A stretch of 64,000 nt of DNA from positions 69,316,001 to 69,380,000 of the forward strand of contig NC_042999.1 in NCBI RefSeq assembly GCF_006345805.1, written 5' to 3'. The DNA is from Octopus sinensis (taxonomy: Eukaryota). The notes under the pieces were generated by a model that was not told the DNA's origin, searched no databases, and saw nothing but the letters and a program-made list of their open reading frames with translations. Position numbers and translations under genes: made by a program. The first letter of the stretch is position 1. Each line of letters begins with the position of its first letter. Positions 1 to 10,724 of this stretch are shown here, in pieces.

Positions 1-321
1 TTCAACTAAACGATGAGACACAGTTTTTCGAGATAAAGTTTTCTTCAGTACAATGCTCATTTCCCGAGAAACAGCAGCAGCAGTTTTAAATCTGTCCATT
101 TTAACCAACTTTACCATAGCACGATCTCTCTTGGTCGTTTTTCTTGGCCTACCTGTAGACTTTCTTGCTTCACACGAACTACAATCATCGTAGACCTTAA
201 GAATACCGTGAACAACACTTTTTGACTTGTTAACAATCTTTGCAATAGACCCAATACTTAACTTATCCTTTTTTTGAAGCTTAATAATCTGCTGACGAAT
301 TGGTAACGGAGTAAGTGGCAT
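1..321 (-). CDS. Tc1-like transposase N-terminus (paired-like HTH plus GRPR), open to window edge
   Basis: 107 uninterrupted codons: MPLTPLPIRQQIIKLQKKDKLSIGSIAKIVNKSKSVVHGILKVYDD...STGRPRKTTKRDRAMVKLVK...SRKTVSHRLVE. Confidence 0.85.
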   Translation of the reverse strand, partial: MPLTPLPIRQQIIKLQKKDKLSIGSIAKIVNKSKSVVHGILKVYDDCSSCEARKSTGRPRKTTKRDRAMVKLVKMDRFKTAAAVSREMSIVLKKTLSRKTVSHRLVE

Positions 322-635
322 TATATTAACAAAGTACACTGCAGATATTCTTACTAATGATTAGTAAACGAACCGTCATGTAAACAAATTCAAAACATTA
401 GGGTTCGCCGGTTAAATATACTAAAACACGGAGTAAAAGCAACTGTTCTGATCATTTTGGCCACCATGGATTTTGCAGTAAATCACTAAATCATCCATAA
501 CTTTTGTATTATCCTCTCAAATTACACCAAAATCTCAGAAATCTGTGAAAATTATAGAATATAAAACAACTTTGATAAAAAATTATACCTACTTTTCTGA
601 CGAAAACAATGCCGTTCTGAACATTTTGGCCGCAA

Positions 636-638
<3 letters not shown>
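1..638 (-). mobile_element. Tc1/mariner transposon, 5' end (IR/DR-type TIR)
   Basis: Terminus CAGTTGCGGCCAAAATGTTCAGAAC abuts TA at 639-640. An inner direct-repeat copy sits at 445-462. The transposase frame starts at 321. Confidence 0.85.
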
Positions 639-675
<37 letters not shown>

Positions 676-975
676 ACCCCGGACTTATTTTTTGTAAGCC
701 TAGTACTTATTCTATTGGTCTCTTTTGCCGAACCGCTAATTTATGACAGCATAAACACACCAACATCGGTTGTCAAGCGATGGTGGGCAGACAAACATAC
801 ACACACACACACAAATATGACAGGCTTCTTTCAGTTCCCATCTACCAAATCTACTCACAAGGCTTTGGTTGACCTGAGGGTATAGAAGACACTTGCCCAA
901 CATGCTATGCAGTGGAACTGAACACGGAACCATGTGGTTGGGAAGCAAGCTACTTACCACACAGCCATTCCTGTA
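676..975 (-). mobile_element. tRNA-derived SINE, family A (representative copy)
   Basis: Head GGCTGTGTGGTAAG...GGTTCAGTCCCACTG, body ggcaagtgtcttctactatagcc...gagtggatttggtagacggaaactgaaagaagcc. Other copies at about 17240-17525, 20838-21185, 22045-22450, 23125-23475, 37070-37490, 47640-48105 and 57555-57715. Confidence 0.8.
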
Positions 976-1362
976 CCCATATATCTATGAGTGAGTGTAT
1001 TTGTGTCTGTGTTTATTTCCCATTATCACTTGACAAGAGGTGTTGGTTTGTTAACATCCCTGTAACTTAGTGGTTCGGTAAAAGAGTGATAGAATAAGTA
1101 CCAATCTTTAAAAAGAAATAAGAACTGGAGTCATTTCATTTGACTAAAATTCTTCAAAGCGGTGCCCCAGCATGGCCTCAGTCTAATGACTGAAACTAGT
1201 AAACAACAGAAGATAATGAAAGGAAACAGGAAGAGCAGAAATAAGAGGCAAGTAGAGAGAAGGGGACGGACAGAGATGACCAACATAGAAGAGAGGTTAA
1301 GGGGAAAAGAAGAGATAAAGAGAGAAGAGAGTGAAAATAAGGGGTGAAGCAGACCTACTCAC

Positions 1363-1611
1363 ATTAGCACCATAAACCATATGAACTCCTTGATAAACAA
1401 TAAATTGGGAATATTCTCCAAGGTAAGTCAAGATATCAGTGACATGGGCCCCAGTTGGAAGGTTTCGTAACCGTATACAGTCGCGCTTGCGAGATGCAGA
1501 AATCATGTTGTGTGGTACCAAAGGCCCAGATGTTGGATGTGTAGCTATCAGTGGTGGAAGAGCAGTTTCCTGTTGTTCAGGGTTCCTTGGGTCCATGCTA
1601 CGGTTTAGCAC
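1363..1611 (-). CDS. ESRP: ESRP coding exon, linker plus RRM3 N-terminal part (gene continues beyond window start)
   Basis: ttgtag| acceptor, |gtgagt donor, 249 nt, phase 0 to 0: VLNRSMDPRNPEQQ...RDCIRLRNLPTGAHVTDILTYLGEYSQFIVYQGVHMVYGAN. Confidence 0.94.
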
Positions 1612-3786
1612 CTACAACAAACAAAACAACATTGTATAGAGATTTATCTTGGTTAAACTTAACCAGGTGCCTTGTAGTATTTGGAGGAAATTCCTTCTTC
1701 TATTGGTAAACATTTTATATAAGTAATTGTTACATTATGAACTCTCTAACATTCAGTGCAACTGTTTCACTTTTTTTCTGTATCCTATTGGTTCTTTTAA
1801 AGGTCAAGTTAGCACCACATTCTTTTGAAGATCTTAGTAATTAACTTAGAGTCACAATGTGTCTAATGTCTCGGTGAGTAACAACAGGCTAGATATAATA
1901 GAAATAGTATTGGTTTCAAAATTTGGCTCAAGGCCAGCAATTTTAAGGGAGAGTGCTAGTTGATTACATTGACCCCAGAGCATAACTGGTACTATTTTAT
2001 CGCCCCCCCCTCCAAATGATGAAAGGCAAAAATCAACCTCAGCAGAATTTGAACTCAGAACATAAAGATGGACAAAATGCCACTTAGAATTTTGCCTGGC
2101 ATGCTAACAATTCTTTTCTACATTAGGCACAAGGCCTGAAATTTTTTTTTTGGGGGGGGGCAGTTGATTTGGTCGACAGCAGTACGCAACTGGTACTTAA
2201 TTTATTAACCCCGAAAAGATGAAAGGCAAAGTCAACCTTGGCAGAATTTGAACTCAGAATGTAAAACACAGACAAAATACACTTGGCGTGCTAACATTTC
2301 TGACAGCTTACTGACCTAAATAGAAATAATATTAATCTCTGTTATGGTAATTACTTTGCTTTCTTCCAAACAGTCAACATTAAACAGATATATGTATGTG
2401 GTTGTGTGTATTTAGAACCAGCAGTCTCTGTCAACAAATATGATCTAGTAATTTACACTATGCTTTCACTCATTGTTTTAGGTGCCTGTATAGTCACAAG
2501 CAGTCATAAGATACCTTGTTGACTCAGTCACCCTTTAACCCAGCAGCATGTCCAGGAAGAGAGAGGGAGAGAGAGAGAGAGATGCATTTCTTGTTGGACA
2601 GACTGGAGCAATATAAAATGAATTGAATCTTTGCTCAAGAGTACAATGCACTGAAGCCTGGTCCTAGAATTGAAGACTTGATATAATTATGAGCTGAATA
2701 ACTTAACTCCTAGGCCTTGTATCTTCACCCACACCCACACAGACAAGCAGATCTGTAGATGCATGTGTAATATTCCAAGACATTTTGGACATCAAAATAC
2801 AAAAACATGAAGTCTCCACTTTCTTAATTAACCTTAGATATAGTACCTGAAACTTTGGTATGAAATTTTCAGTTTTCATTACCAAATATGGTAATTTAAA
2901 ATGAAGTCATCATCGTCATCATTATCATTATTGTCATATAACATCTGCTCTCCATGCTGGCATGGGTTGGATGGTCTGACCAGGACTGGCAAACCAGGAG
3001 GCTGCATCAGGCTCCAGTCTGATTTGGCATGGTTTCTACAGCTTGATGCCCTTCCTAACACCAACCACTCTGAGAGTATAGTGGGTGCTTTTACGTACCA
3101 CCGGCATGGGAGCCAGTCAGACGGCACTGGCATCAACCATGCTTGAATGGTGCTATTTATGTGCCACTGGCAAGGGGGCCAGTCAGGTGGCACTGGCATC
3201 TGCAATGACTGCGATTTCACTCAGTTCAACAGGTCTTCACAAGCATAGCATATTGCCCAGCCACTGAAGGGTGCTTTTGAATGGGCCAGTTGTGTGACAC
3301 TGGCATCAGCCACGACTACAATCTCACTTGGCTTGCTGGGTCTTCTCAAGCAAGGCATATCTCCAAAGGTCTTGGTTGCCTGTCATTGCCTCTCTGAGGC
3401 CCAACTTTCGAAGGTCAGCTTCAAAGTAAATAATAATAATAATAATTTTACTAAACATACCAGTTCTTCTACTTTTTTCTAATCACGTATTTTGATCAGT
3501 AATAGCTACATTAAACCAGTTTTCAGGAAATTTTTCTCATAATTTCTACGGGAGTTGACTCTTTTATGACCAGCTTTTTTTCACAGAACTTTCAAGATAA
3601 ATAGAAATCTTTTCATTGAAATCTATCCTACAATATATATTTTTGTTCTCATTATCATGTTTTATCAGGTTTTATTGTGATAGTTAATGTAAATATTTTC
3701 TTTGTAACAACAACCCAACCTATTTTGTAAGTCAATAGTCGTGGAAGGGTTATTCAGTGGTTGAACTGGGACAGCAACTCGCTTAC

Positions 3787-4002
3787 CTGCTGTACTTCGG
3801 CCATTGTGCTTTTGAACAGCTCGATGTAGCGTGTTCCCATCGTGTCTCGGTGTTTCTTAAGTGCCTTGGAAGCTTCTTCTTCTGAACTGAATAAAACAAA
3901 GGCATCTCCAGTCGATCGACCATCTGGATAATAAACAAACAGAATGCCTTCTTCTCCATCAAGGACATTGCAAGGATTAGGTTCTCGGGTAAAAAATTCC
4001 AG
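3787..4002 (-). CDS. ESRP: ESRP coding exon, RRM2
   Basis: ttcttgtag| acceptor, |gtaagc donor, 216 nt, phase 0 to 0: [72 protein letters not shown]. The ORF track shows the wrong frame here. Confidence 0.96.
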
Positions 4003-5139
4003 CTACAAGAAAAGAAGAAACAAAGGAGATTCAGAATATATTATAAAAAGGAAAATTAAAGGGTGTGGGGTAAAGAACAAAAGGAAGCCAGTCTGATTGT
4101 ATGAGTTAATGCTACAAGAAGCCCGCTTTCACCTGAAATTGTTAACACACTAGCACAGATCCAGGTTATTTAGAAAGTATATCTGCAACCATGTCAGCTT
4201 GTAAATGAAGAGTATATATTTAGAGGGGGCCGTTATTATTGTTGAACAAAACAAAACACCCTTGTAGTTTATTTCCAAGAAAGACAAGTATTAATCGATA
4301 AAAAACTAAAAGGATTATCAGAAACAGAAGAGAATATACCATTTTATTACATAGGACAATCGTATGTCTCAGAGAGGAGGCTTATAATGTTGAGGTCATT
4401 AAAGATAAGTTGTATAACAAGTTAATTCACTGAAGCTTCTGGAATTTTATGAGATGAAGAAATATAAACACTCTTTTCATGGTCCTTTTTCAGAAACAAA
4501 AAAAAAGGATGAATTTCCTCTCATTCTACTATTACAGACTTTATTCTAGATATTCCATCTCTATTATAAATATTTTTACATTCCTTGCCCTTTGGTGCGT
4601 TTCTATTTCTACACTCCTGTTAATGTACATTGCCTGCCTGCCTGCATTCATAAATACATACATACATAACCAGATTGAAGACCAAAATATTAAAAAAACA
4701 ACCAAAGTATTAAAAACAAAAGTAAAAAAGGTTCCAGACCATTTTGCAGCAATGGAAGGAAACGGAATTTAACTGACCCCTGCAGAAATCTGAATAATGA
4801 GACCAGCGTCAAATTTTCCTACTCTCTACATAGTTTCAGTTCTTTAGTTTATTTTAGACTTCCCAGTCAAGACCATGCTGGAACATCCCTCATTATTGTC
4901 TTACAAAATTATCACTTACACCTGATAAATTTTAATGAACTCCTGTGGCTAACAAACCCTTCATGATCAATAATTATGTAATTAATTATTTCTTACATAT
5001 ATTTTCTTAAATTTTGTTGAAAAAGAATAGAGCTGAGACTAGTAAATTCCTGTTTGTAAATTATTGAACTATTCTCAGTAAAAAAAAAAAAAGAGCAAGA
5101 AATGGTTTTATTCTGAATTTGCTGTTTGAAAAGTATCCG

Positions 5140-6075
5140 CTAAGTGACATAATTGATGTTTTGGTCGTATTACGATTTAATTAACTCGCTCTTTGACATA
5201 ACTAATCCTCTGGTCACATTATGACATAATTAGTTCATTAGTTACTCACTTAATATAATTGACCCTTTGGTTACACAGTGATATTAATTTACCCATTGAT
5301 CAGCCTACAGCTTAATTAATTTATTCCCTGTTTATAATGGTTATTCTTTGACATAACTCACTGATCACTCTAAGATGTAATTAAAACATTAAACACTCTA
5401 GATATGTTTAACCCATTAGTCACTCTTTGTCATAATTAACTCATTGGTTATTCTAAGACATAAATAACCCACTGGTAACTCTACAACATAACTACCCCAT
5501 TGGTAATGGTGCAATTATACACAATGACCACTCCTTGGTCATTCTATGCTGTAGTTAACCGATTGATCACACTATTATATTTATCCTATTTCGGAGCTAT
5601 AAGTTATCATTATTTATTTACTCTTACACTGTTATTTGTAGTAATAAACTGGTGAATTTCCAGGCAGTATTATATTTTTAACACTGTGGACACTGCCAGA
5701 TTGAATGGTACTGCCCAAGTATCAAAACCATAATGACATCTGTTTGGACAGCTGATGATGGGAATGCACATATGCAAGATTCTGAATTCATTATATCTTA
5801 GTCTTGTTATTCTGTGTTATTCTTCATTTTTGTAACCTAATTAAGCTTGGACAGTGCTTAGATTCTGGTGCCTAGTTTTGAGAAGTTCTGTGGTATACAG
5901 TTAGCTCAGTGGTCACTCTATAATTAGCCCACTAACCTAATTATCCACTGGTCACTATGGTGCAATTAACTCTCAATCATGCTATAGAATAGTTAACCCA
6001 TTCGTTACTACTCTTTGACATAATTAACCTCAGGACACACTGATATAATTAACGCCCTACTTACATTATGATTTG
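5140..6075. repeat. Degenerate tandem array, unit about 28 bp, in two blocks
   Basis: Consensus about GACATAATTAACCCATTGGTCACTCTA. Unit starts at 5195, 5223, about 5251, 5280, then 5374, 5401, 5429, 5457, 5485. Resumes at about 5900-6075. Confidence 0.7.
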
Positions 6076-7033
6076 CTTAATTGTTGAGTGATAGAAAAAT
6101 GGAAACAGTAAAAATATCAATTTTGACCAAACAGGCCAATATAAGTTCCTGTGAGTTATCAAAAGCTGATAGATCACAGTTCCAGCAGATATTGCCAATA
6201 AGGCTCAGTGTGTCAGAAGCTAAATACACTTCACTCGATATTGAATAAAGCATCAAGGAAACTTCACTATTCAATCTATCTGCAGTGATTTTAATATACT
6301 ACCAAAGTCTCAAACAAAGAAAAACGAAAGAATATTATAAAGAAAATAGTCCTCTGCTTAAAGAAATAGATATTTGCTGTATAAAAACATTTACCACTAC
6401 AAAAATAGCTGGTATCTATCTAAATTAGAAAAAAAAAGGTATTTATATAAGAAAAAGACAGGTATCTACATAACAAAAACAAGCACCTATGTATCAAAAG
6501 ATGGCTGTATTCCATATACAGAAGAGGTATCTATGTAAGGAAGAGATGTCTATATAAAAAGCAGAGTGTTTTCGTTCTCAAATGGGCAGAACAAGCAAAA
6601 ATTTGGTTAATAGATAAACCCACAACCTTTTAAATGAATTAGCAAAGAAGCAAAGGAATTCACTTGAAGATTAAAAGAACCCATTTTTAGTATCAGATCC
6701 TTAGCCTGGATGTGTGCTAGTATAAAATCCAACTAAATATTGGTAAAAAAAGTCAAAAAATAAGTAAATAAAAGACATGAAGTATTAAACACCATAGTCC
6801 CAAAACTACCACCGCCCGCACACCAATGAAACCGCGCCTCACTAATGTAGTAGAACTGGAGAAACTGGCATCAAACGGAACCTTGCAAATGGCCAAACAC
6901 AGTGTGACAATGTTAGCACAAACATTGATTATAAAAAGTTGACCATTTGTTGTGCCGGCACCGATACTGCCATAGGTAAAAAATCCGATCCACAGCCAGT
7001 TATACCTGATAATTCCTGACCCTATCCACTTAC

Positions 7034-7084
7034 CTGGGTGCAGTTTTAGCTTTACAATAGCTTAAGCTCAATTTAGTCAGGGCG
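7034..7084 (-). other. Candidate stop-containing (poison) cassette exon of ESRP
   Basis: Minus strand reads CTAAC branch point, ttttatgttcctttCAG|, 51 nt, then CAG|GTAAGT. Frame 0 gives CGC CCT GAC TAA. Confidence 0.6.
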
Positions 7085-8241
7085 CTGAAAGGAACATAAA
7101 ATAGTTAGATAATTAAGTGGTCGCCATTTTCAGTATTGTTGTCAATGGCATTAAACCAAAAGACAACTTTTGACATTACAAGATGCTTCCTACAAGTGAA
7201 GAAATCCATAACAATTCACTATTTTTCATAGTATATTCCATCTTTAGATGTTTTAGATTCCAATTCATTTATGTTCATTGAATTCTTCCACAGGTAGAGG
7301 AATCTGTTTCTTGGAGGTCAAAGTTTCAATGAAAATTCTTCAAGATTCAAAAGTGTCTTTTGTCTGATGAATCTATTGTTTTTCAGTTTTTTTTTTTTTT
7401 GGTATTTTCACTGTAAAATGCCGAACCAAATTCTAGACTTATCATGGGTTCATTTTTCTTTTTTCTTTCTTTCTCTTTCTTTTAATTTTTTTTATAATCT
7501 TTGTTGAATAAAATTTGATTGGACTAAAACAAATACTAATTCTCGTTAAAAAAAAATTAAGTATGCCAAGCTTTGGCAATTCTTTAGATGATAAAACAAA
7601 TAAAAAAAGAATTGGTAAATGTGAAAAATACAAAAAAGAAAAAGACAGATGTAAGTACCAGTACAGAAATGTTATAGTTTTTTTTGATATGATATTCTGA
7701 AAATAACCAAAGAATTAAATCTCCAAGACAATGAAAAACAGTGAATAGTCAAATCAAAACTAATCAAAGAGTGGTATAAAGAAGTTCTATTTTGGGATTG
7801 AAAGTTAAATTCTTTATTTTATGCATTTTATATTGCAAATGCTGAATAAGACCATTGTTGTTCATAGATTTCCAAAGACGAAAATTTCCTTGGAAATCTA
7901 ATTCCAGAGAGACAAACATCACTGGTCCATTAAGTAGAGTTACAAGACAAGGTATGTGGAACACAATGAGGTAAAATAAGTACAATGGGATATAAAGTAC
8001 CTGGATTTTCATTTGGAAGTACCTGTTGATCAATTTACTGCTCTCTCACATTATATATATATATGTGTGTGTATATATATGTATATGTATGTATATATAT
8101 GCAAATAAGTAACAAGGATGTCCAGGTCTGGACATTCTTGTTACTTATTTGCTTTTTATTCACCTAACTTTGAGCTGTGTGGACAATACCAGACTGACAT
8201 GGTGCCTCCACTTAAGTACCTAATTCAACTGAATCTTAATT

Positions 8242-8274
<33 letters not shown>

Positions 8275-9844
8275 TATATAATACTTTTGTGTGTATATAT
8301 ATATATACACACATAAATATGCATATATATACACACATACACACCCACATATATATATTTATATATACATACACATGCACACACACATATATACATATAT
8401 GTCCCCTAAATCCTTCTTCAGCCGAGTGAGCTTAATGTTGCAGGCGCTCATGGGTGCTGTCGCCACATATAAAGCACCTATGCTGATGCCGCATAAAAAA
8501 GTCATGCAGTCCACTCTGCAAAGTGGTTGCCATTAAGAAGAGCTTCCAGCCATAGAAACCATGTCAAAACAGACGGAGAGCCTGACCACTATGGAAAACA
8601 GACATTAAATGACAATGATGATGATGATGACCTACATCAAAATATATATACTTTCAGACACATACTTATGGACATACACACTCACATTCATACATACACA
8701 CATATACGCAAACATACACACATACATTCGAAAACTTAGGAAGGGCATCCAGCTGTAGAAACTTTGCCAGATCAGATTGGAGCCTGGTGAAGCCTACTGC
8801 CTTGCCAGCCCTCTATCAAACCGTCCAACCCATGCCAGCATGGAAAATGGACGTTAAACGACGACGATGAAGAAGACAATCTATCAATCCATCCACACAC
8901 ACACACAGACACATATATTCATCTATTCATTTGGTTAAATAATTGCCTTACTACCAATCTCAAGAAGCCAGAAAGAACATACCTAATCAAGTGATATACA
9001 GATACATGCAATCAAAAGCACTGTCAAAATGTGTAAAACATTCATAAAGTCCAGTATGCAATAAGATCTATGCTTGCTCCCCCCATATGTGCCTGTGCAC
9101 ATGCACTTAATACATGCATTATGAGCTTCCATCTCCTACATTCCAGTTACACTTTTTATCTCAACACCTTTGTCTTTCATTAATCAGTTACACTGAAGGG
9201 AGTTTGTCTCATTTCTCTCCAAACTCCACAAATCTCTGAAGAGCCATGTCACTCAACTAGGCAGCAGCACATTTTGTATATAATCATTGAACAATCGGTC
9301 CTTCACTTTGAAAGAGAGACCCTTGATGATTATAGTTCTGCACCAGAATCTTTCCTTGTTCTTACATTGCTTACATTTCCAGTGCTAAAGGGATCTCCCA
9401 AATAACAGAAGCTATCAACAACCTACTTCTAGAGGACTTTCTGACCATACGAATGAGGCTGGTGCCAGTGCCCCCTGATTGGCTCCCATGCCAGTGGCAC
9501 ATAAAAAGCACCATCTGAACTTGGCTGATGCCAGTACTCTCTGATTGGCTCCCATGCCAGTATCCCCGACTGACCCCCCCGTGCCGATGGCACATAAAAA
9601 GCACCATCCAAATGTGATCAATGCCAGGCCCGACTGACTGGTTCCTGTGCCGGTGGTACATAAAAAGTACCCACTACACTCTCGGAGTACTTGGTGTGAG
9701 GAAGGGCATCAAGCTGTAGAAATATTGTCTGATCAGATTGGAGCCTGGTGCAGCTGCTGGCTCTCCAGACCTCAGTCAAACTGTCCAACCCATGCCAACA
9801 TGGAAAATGGACATTAAACAATCATGATGACAATGGAGTTAATC

Positions 9845-10195
9845 TCACATGGATTCTTACTGTTTTCAACTCTTATGCATTTCTCATATCCGACGCCTAA
9901 CTTTATTGTCAACCTGTTTGTACTCCTTTGTGAGATGAAACTTTGCTATGATTACACTGTACGGAGTTCCTACCAACTCCTTTTCTGCATACTGAGTATA
10001 GCTACTGTCCTGTTTTCTTTCCAGCTAATTAAAATTTCAGCATTTGTTATGTTTCCTTTGAGACCTCTTAATTCTTGGTTTTGCTCCCAAATTTGGAACT
10101 TTCTTGCTAAATATTTGACTAATTCAACAAGAACAAGGTAATTGGCTTACAGGGGTATATACAGAGAACTGGTTGTAAATTCCCTTTTCATGGCA
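9845..10195 (-). mobile_element. Degenerate RTE-clade LINE fragment (end of RT plus Cys-rich segment)
   Basis: Reverse translation resembles ...YADDLVL...KFQIWEQNQELRGLK, with stops and frameshifts. Confidence 0.6.
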
Positions 10196-10689
10196 AGTGT
10201 TTGAGAAGACCTATCAGGCCAAGTAAAATCATAGCCACGGCAGATACCGGTGTAATGCAAATGGCACCCATGTCAATGGCACATAAAAGCACTCATTACA
10301 CTCTCGTTGACGTTAGGAAGGGCATCCAGCCATAAAAAAAAAAAACCTCAAATCAGACTGGAGTCTGGTGCAGCCTGCCAACTTGTCAGCCTTGCTCAAA
10401 CTCCCCGATCCATGCCAGCATGGACAATGGATACTAAATGATGATGATGATGATCAGTGGGGTAAAAATTGAACCTTAATGTACACCAACTTGTATCTTG
10501 AATTGCTTGCTGATCACACTCCTTTCACCAAGCTGATGGCCTGAAAACTCTCTGAACCCACTAGCAAAATTCAGAGTAGCATTAGACTGACTTGATATAT
10601 ATATATATATATAACTCCAAGAAAGTTAGAGATTGTGAATCCAACCCACTAAGAGATAATATCTATCTAATATACTGCTGGTAGAATGA

Positions 10690-10724
<35 letters not shown>

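Noticed and set aside
3783-3968. ORF-track protein MSLMEKKAF...
   Set aside because: It is the wrong reading frame of the ESRP RRM2 exon.
6100-6250. 49-codon plus-strand ORF METVKISILTKQ...
   Set aside because: Short, no recognisable homology and no clear splice context.
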